NCBI GenBank assembly: GCA_965248355.1
Contig: OZ252098.1
Span: 672,001 to 736,000 of the forward strand
DNA from: Candidatus Latescibacterota bacterium
Lineage (GTDB): Bacteria > Latescibacterota > UBA2968 > UBA8231
DNA: 64,000 nt
Direction: 5' to 3'
Program-made: the position numbers and the translations under genes
Shown: in pieces, positions 59,882 to 64,000 of the stretch
Layout of the letters: every line of letters begins with the position of its first letter
How positions within the stretch are numbered: the first letter of the stretch is position 1
The notes under the pieces: generated by a model
What the model was told of the DNA's origin: nothing
The model's input: the letters and a program-made list of their open reading frames with translations, nothing else
The model's database searches: none

Positions 59882-61768
59882 ATGAGCTCCATCCAGATTC
59901 GTGCGGGTCTGCAGAGCGCCTGTCCCGACGTGTACACGCCCGCGGCCTTGGCGGCCCTCGAGGCGCTGGCTCCCTTCAACCAGGAGCAGAAGGCGGTCAT
60001 GGCGGAGAGGATGGAGCGGCGGGCGGCGCGGGCCCGCTACCGGGAGCCCATCGCCTTTCTCGACGAGGATGACTGCATCCCCCGGACCCCCATCCGCGTG
60101 GGCGAGGCCCGGGGGGGCGACTTCATCGGCTCGGAGATCCCAGCCGACCTGCGGCGCCAGTGGATCCAGGGGACCGGCCCCGCGTGCAAGCCCCGGGCCC
60201 CGGTGGAGCGCAGCATCCGCAACGTGGCCTACGCCCTGCTCTCCGGCGCCGACGGCTGGATGTTCGACGGCGAGGACGCCCTCGGCCAGATCACCACCAT
60301 GTCCCTGGACAACCAGCGGAACCTGGCCCTGGCCATCCGCCGGGACCCCGTCTTCCTGCAGGCGGCGGAGCAGGTGGCCGGGGAGATGAACGAGTGGGCC
60401 TCCGGCTTCTTCGGCCGGCGGATCGTCGAGGACTGGGAGGGGCAGCTCGGCTTCACGACGAAGATCTTCCGCGCCCGGGGGCTGCACCTGGACGACCGCC
60501 ACACCCGGGACGGGGAGGGGGTGGCCTTGGCCGCCTCGATCGTCGACCTGGCCCTGTACGTGGCCAACAACCACGAGGAACTTCAACGGGCCGGCTCCTC
60601 CATCGTCCTCTACCTGCCGAAGATCCAGACCGCCGGGGAGGCCGCCCTGTGGGCGGAGATGCTCGACGCCCTGGAGGCCCATCTCGGGCTGCCGCAGGGC
60701 GCCGTCAAGGTCTACGTCCTCGTGGAGCAGCTCGAGGCCACCTTCCAGCTCATGGAGATCCGCGCCGCCCTGGGCCGCCACTTCGTCGGCTTCAACACCG
60801 GCCGCTGGGACTACATCAACAGCGTCTCCGACGCCATGGCCTGGGACCCGGGGTTCGTCAACCCCGACATCGAGGCCATCACCATGACCTACGGGTACAT
60901 GCGCAACTACGAGGACCGCGTCCGCCGGGCCGTCAACACCCCCGACCGGGCCGGCGGCTTCGCCCTCTGGCAGGGCGGCATGGAGCCCAACATCCCGGTG
61001 GGATCGGAGGAGGGGGTGGCGCTCAGCATGGAGAAGGCCGTGGCCGGGGCCGAGCGCGAGCAGCGCGAGGGGGCCAGCGGCAAGTGGGTGGCGCACTGGA
61101 AGATGGTCCACATCGTCCGGCCCGTGTGGGAGAGGGCCTGGGCCGAGAACCAGCTCGGGCGGCGTTTCCCGCCCCTCACCCATACGCAGGACGACGCCGA
61201 CGGCCTGACGTTGCTGGAGCCGGCGCCGCGCACGGTCCGGGGCGCCCGCAACCTGATCAGCGTCGCCGCCCAGTACGGCAACGCCTTCGGCCAGGGGTTC
61301 CAGGCGGCGGCCCTGAAGCCGGCGGACTTCTTCGGCGACGACGACATCCTCTACCTCATGGAGGACATGGCCACCGGCGAGATCCGCCTGAGCATCCTCT
61401 GGGAGTGGCTCCACAAGGGCGGCCGCCTCACCGAGGGCGACGAGGAGACCGGCGCGGGGGAGGGGGAGGTCTTCGGACTGGAGCTGTTCCGCCGGCTGCT
61501 GACCGAGGAATACGGGAAGCTGCAGCAGGCCGGGGACCGGGACGTGCACGACGACTCCAAGGGCTCCACCCTGCCCATCGCCCGGGAGATCGTCGAGAGC
61601 TACGTGCTGTGGGAGGCCAAGACGCCCTGGTACATCGACCTGCTGAACATCAATCTGAACAACCACGATCTGGCGACGGCGAAGGAACGGATCCGTCTGT
61701 ACTCGCAGGCCTTCGCCCGGGACGGCACGAGGATCACGGAGAACCTGGACTTCGAGCCGGCCCGATAG
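59882..61768 (+). CDS. aceB: Malate synthase
   Basis: MFDGED, FRARGLHL, LYLPKI, VLVE, NTGRWDYI, GGM, GKWVAH and MEDMATGEI. Confidence 0.88.
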   Translation: MSSIQIRAGLQSACPDVYTPAALAALEALAPFNQEQKAVMAERMERRAARARYREPIAFLDEDDCIPRTPIRVGEARGGDFIGSEIPADLRRQWIQGTGPACKPRAPVERSIRNVAYALLSGADGWMFDGEDALGQITTMSLDNQRNLALAIRRDPVFLQAAEQVAGEMNEWASGFFGRRIVEDWEGQLGFTTKIFRARGLHLDDRHTRDGEGVALAASIVDLALYVANNHEELQRAGSSIVLYLPKIQTAGEAALWAEMLDALEAHLGLPQGAVKVYVLVEQLEATFQLMEIRAALGRHFVGFNTGRWDYINSVSDAMAWDPGFVNPDIEAITMTYGYMRNYEDRVRRAVNTPDRAGGFALWQGGMEPNIPVGSEEGVALSMEKAVAGAEREQREGASGKWVAHWKMVHIVRPVWERAWAENQLGRRFPPLTHTQDDADGLTLLEPAPRTVRGARNLISVAAQYGNAFGQGFQAAALKPADFFGDDDILYLMEDMATGEIRLSILWEWLHKGGRLTEGDEETGAGEGEVFGLELFRRLLTEEYGKLQQAGDRDVHDDSKGSTLPIAREIVESYVLWEAKTPWYIDLLNINLNNHDLATAKERIRLYSQAFARDGTRITENLDFEPAR

Positions 61769-61880
61769 AGCCCGGCGATGCGGCACGTCCACACAGGTGT
61801 GGTTGTGCGAGCCGTTGATGCGGATGCGCTCGCCGGCAACGCGATGCCGCCCGTCGTGCGCCATCGCGGCGGCCGGTACG

Positions 61881-62183
61881 TCAGGCAGCGCTCTGGCGCT
61901 TGATGCGCGCCTCCGTCTCCGGGCTGAGGCCCAGGCGGGCTTGCTTCAGGTCGTAGCAGGCCTGCAGGTTGAGCCAGTATTCCGCGGAGTTCCCGAAGTA
62001 AAGGGACAGCCGCAGGGCCGTGTCCGCGGTAATCCGGCGCCGGTTGTTGACGATGTCGGCGATCCGGTTCGGGGAGATGCCGATGGCGCGGGCGAGCTGG
62101 TTCTGAGACAGCTCGTACTCGGCGAGGAACTCCTCCTTCAAGATCTCCCCGGGAGTGACAGGAGAGAATTCGGGGTCGGCCAT
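61881..62183 (-). CDS. higA: HigA-family antitoxin (HTH_3)
   Basis: TPGEILKEEFL, LSQNQLARAIG, RRITADTALRL and YWLNLQACYDL. Confidence 0.9.
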   Translation of the reverse strand: MADPEFSPVTPGEILKEEFLAEYELSQNQLARAIGISPNRIADIVNNRRRITADTALRLSLYFGNSAEYWLNLQACYDLKQARLGLSPETEARIKRQSAA

Positions 62184-62196
62184 GGAAGACTCCCAA

Positions 62197-62289
62197 TCAG
62201 TGGTAGTCGATAATCCGGACGCCATGTGCGTTGCCCGCCTTCCAGCGAAAGACGACGCGCCACTGGTCGTTGATCCGGATCGAGTAGTG
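62197..62289 (-). pseudogene. higB: HigB (RelE-like) toxin, C-terminal remnant
   Basis: HYSIRINDQWRVVFRWKAGNAHGVRIIDYH* directly upstream of higA. The N-terminal part is absent or frameshifted. Confidence 0.8.
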
Positions 62290-62337
62290 TTACCGCGTAC
62301 CGGGATGCGGTCAAGTGGGGAGAGTCGGCGAAGATCG

Positions 62338-64000
62338 GACGTGGTCGCCGTCGACAGCGACGAGCCCGGGGACACCTCGGCCTGGGTCGCCTGGAACCGC
62401 AGCCGCTCCAAGCACCTGACCGAGAACCTGGGCCGCCTGATCCTGGCGGAGTCCGACCTGGGGACCCTGGACGTGCGGGTCCTCTCCTCGGGCGCACCCG
62501 TGGCCGGCGCCCGCCTCGAGCTGTGGCGCGCTGGCGCGCTGGTGCTGGCGGACGAGACCGGCGACAGAGGCCTGGCGCGGCACTGGCTGCCCCCGGGGCG
62601 CTACACCGTGGCCGCCGCTCCGCGGGGGTACCGGCCCTACAGGCGGCAGGTCGAGGTCGCCGCCGGCGGCCTGCAGCAGGTGACCGCGGCCCTCCAGGAC
62701 CGGGGCACGCGGTTTCACGTGGACGACGACGCGCCATCCGGGGGCGACGGCAGCGCCGGGCATCCCTTCGGGACGATCCAGCAGGCCCTGAACGCCGTCA
62801 GCTACGGCGACACCGTGCAGCTGGCGCCCGGTGTCTACCGCCGGCCGGCGGAGCTGATCAGCGGCGTCACCATCCTCGGCCCCGGCCCCGGCCGGACGCG
62901 GGTCACGGGCGAGGCCCACTGGGGCCTGGCCCAGCGTCCCTTCATCCAGTACTACAACGGCCTGTGGAGCGTGAAGCTGCGCGACGTGGTCATGGACGGC
63001 TTCACCCTCGAGGAGGGGGAGAGGTATCCGGCGCGCCCGGCGCGGGAGGTCTCGGACGGCCTCGCCCTGGCCATGGCCGTGAACGCCGCCGACGTGGCCG
63101 CTGTCGAGGCCATCCTGGAACGCTCTCCCCGGGCGGCCTCGGGCCGCATCCTGTCACCCGACGCCGACCCCGGGGGCAGCACGTTCCTGCACCGCATCGT
63201 CAGCGTCTACGCCGACGCCACCGACGCCGAGCACCGGATCGCCCGGCTGCTCATCGAGCACGGCGCCGATGTCAACGCCCTCGGCGGCCAGGCCCGGGGC
63301 CGCGGCGAGACCGCCCTCGGCTACGCCGGTTTCTTCGCCGACTCCCGCCTGGTGGAGCTCTACCTGGCCCACGGCGCGGACCCCAACCACGTCAACCCGA
63401 CGGGAGGGACGCCCGTGGACGCCACCGCCCGCGAGGGGTCGCACCAGCGCAACCGGCCCACCTTCATCCCCGCCTTCGAGGCCCTCGTGCGGGGGGGAGG
63501 CCGCTACCACCTGGGGCACCTGGTCCTGCTGGGACACACGGAGCGCCTCGTGGCCGATCTCGACGAGGACCCCGGACTCGTCGACGCGGTGGTCCCCCTC
63601 CGGTACGAGCCGGACGAGCGCGCCACCCCCCTGCACCAGGCCGCCGCCGTCCACGACGAGGAGATCGCGCGGCTCCTGCTCGACCGCGGAGCCCGTGTGG
63701 ACGCCGTCGACAGTCAGGGGCAGACCCCCCTGCACCGGGCGGCCGGCGGCGGCTCCGCCCCCGGGTTCGTCGAGCTGCTCCTCGACCGGGGCGCCGACCT
63801 GGAGGCCCTCGACGCCGAGGGCCGCTCCCCCCTGCGGCGGGCGGTCCGCAACCGGCGGCAGGAGAAGGCCGCCGTGCTCATGGAGAGGGGAGCCCGGGTC
63901 GACCTGTACTCCGCCGTCGCCCTCGGAGACGCGGGGCGGGTGCGGGCCCTGCTCGCCGGGGATCCGCAGCGGATCCACGGCCGGGATGCGGACGGGAAGT
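62338..64000 (+). CDS. Multi-domain ankyrin-repeat protein, 5'-truncated and running off the window end
   Basis: Stop-free, GC3-rich frame. Carboxypeptidase-regulatory-like segment (LPPGRYTV), DUF1565-like GDGSAGHPFGTIQQAL...LAPGVY, then ankyrin repeats (LLIEHGADVNA, TPLHQAA, GQTPLHRAA, LLDRGADLEA). Confidence 0.78.

Noticed and set aside
59795..61864. Long antisense ORFs such as 59795..61864, 1264..3216 and 38796..41642
   Set aside because: Expected stop-poor shadows of real genes in high-GC DNA. The opposite strand carries the conserved motifs.

Overview
High-GC bacterial window. DUF6784/6785-type transporter, FlgD-Ig-tailed secreted proteins, and WD40 and ankyrin proteins suggest, by inference only, a Latescibacterota/Poribacteria-like, possibly host-associated organism. 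1-9.7 kb: co-oriented catabolic cluster (class III and V PLP enzymes, transglutaminase-like, M14-like, membrane transporter, enolase-superfamily dehydratase, PhyH dioxygenase). 9.7-21.8 kb: mosaic with pseudogene fragments, a Zn-ribbon DEAD-box helicase, a TPP enzyme and a stand-alone RNA ligase. 21.8-26.7 kb: two decayed IS1380-family copies around an FlgD-domain gene. 26.8-42.1 kb: CHAD-gluconolactonase fusion, sigma-54 two-component system, hydrolases and a MacAB-like exporter. 42.3-56.7 kb: a compositionally distinct island, the best candidate for an undescribed system. It holds an AlbA_2/Schlafen-HATPase gene and a coupled SNF2 helicase - Mre11/SbcD-like nuclease - Rad50/SbcC-like ATPase operon. 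That operon has been hit by IS256 (with a nested ISKra4-like element), ISAzo13, IS630, a frameshift and a probable in-frame deletion, and can largely be reconstructed from target duplications. 56.7-64 kb: WD40 protein, lipoprotein, malate synthase, orphan HigA with a HigB remnant, and a 5'-truncated ankyrin protein. No rRNA, tRNA or CRISPR array was recognised. All family calls come from motifs read by eye, not from database searches.
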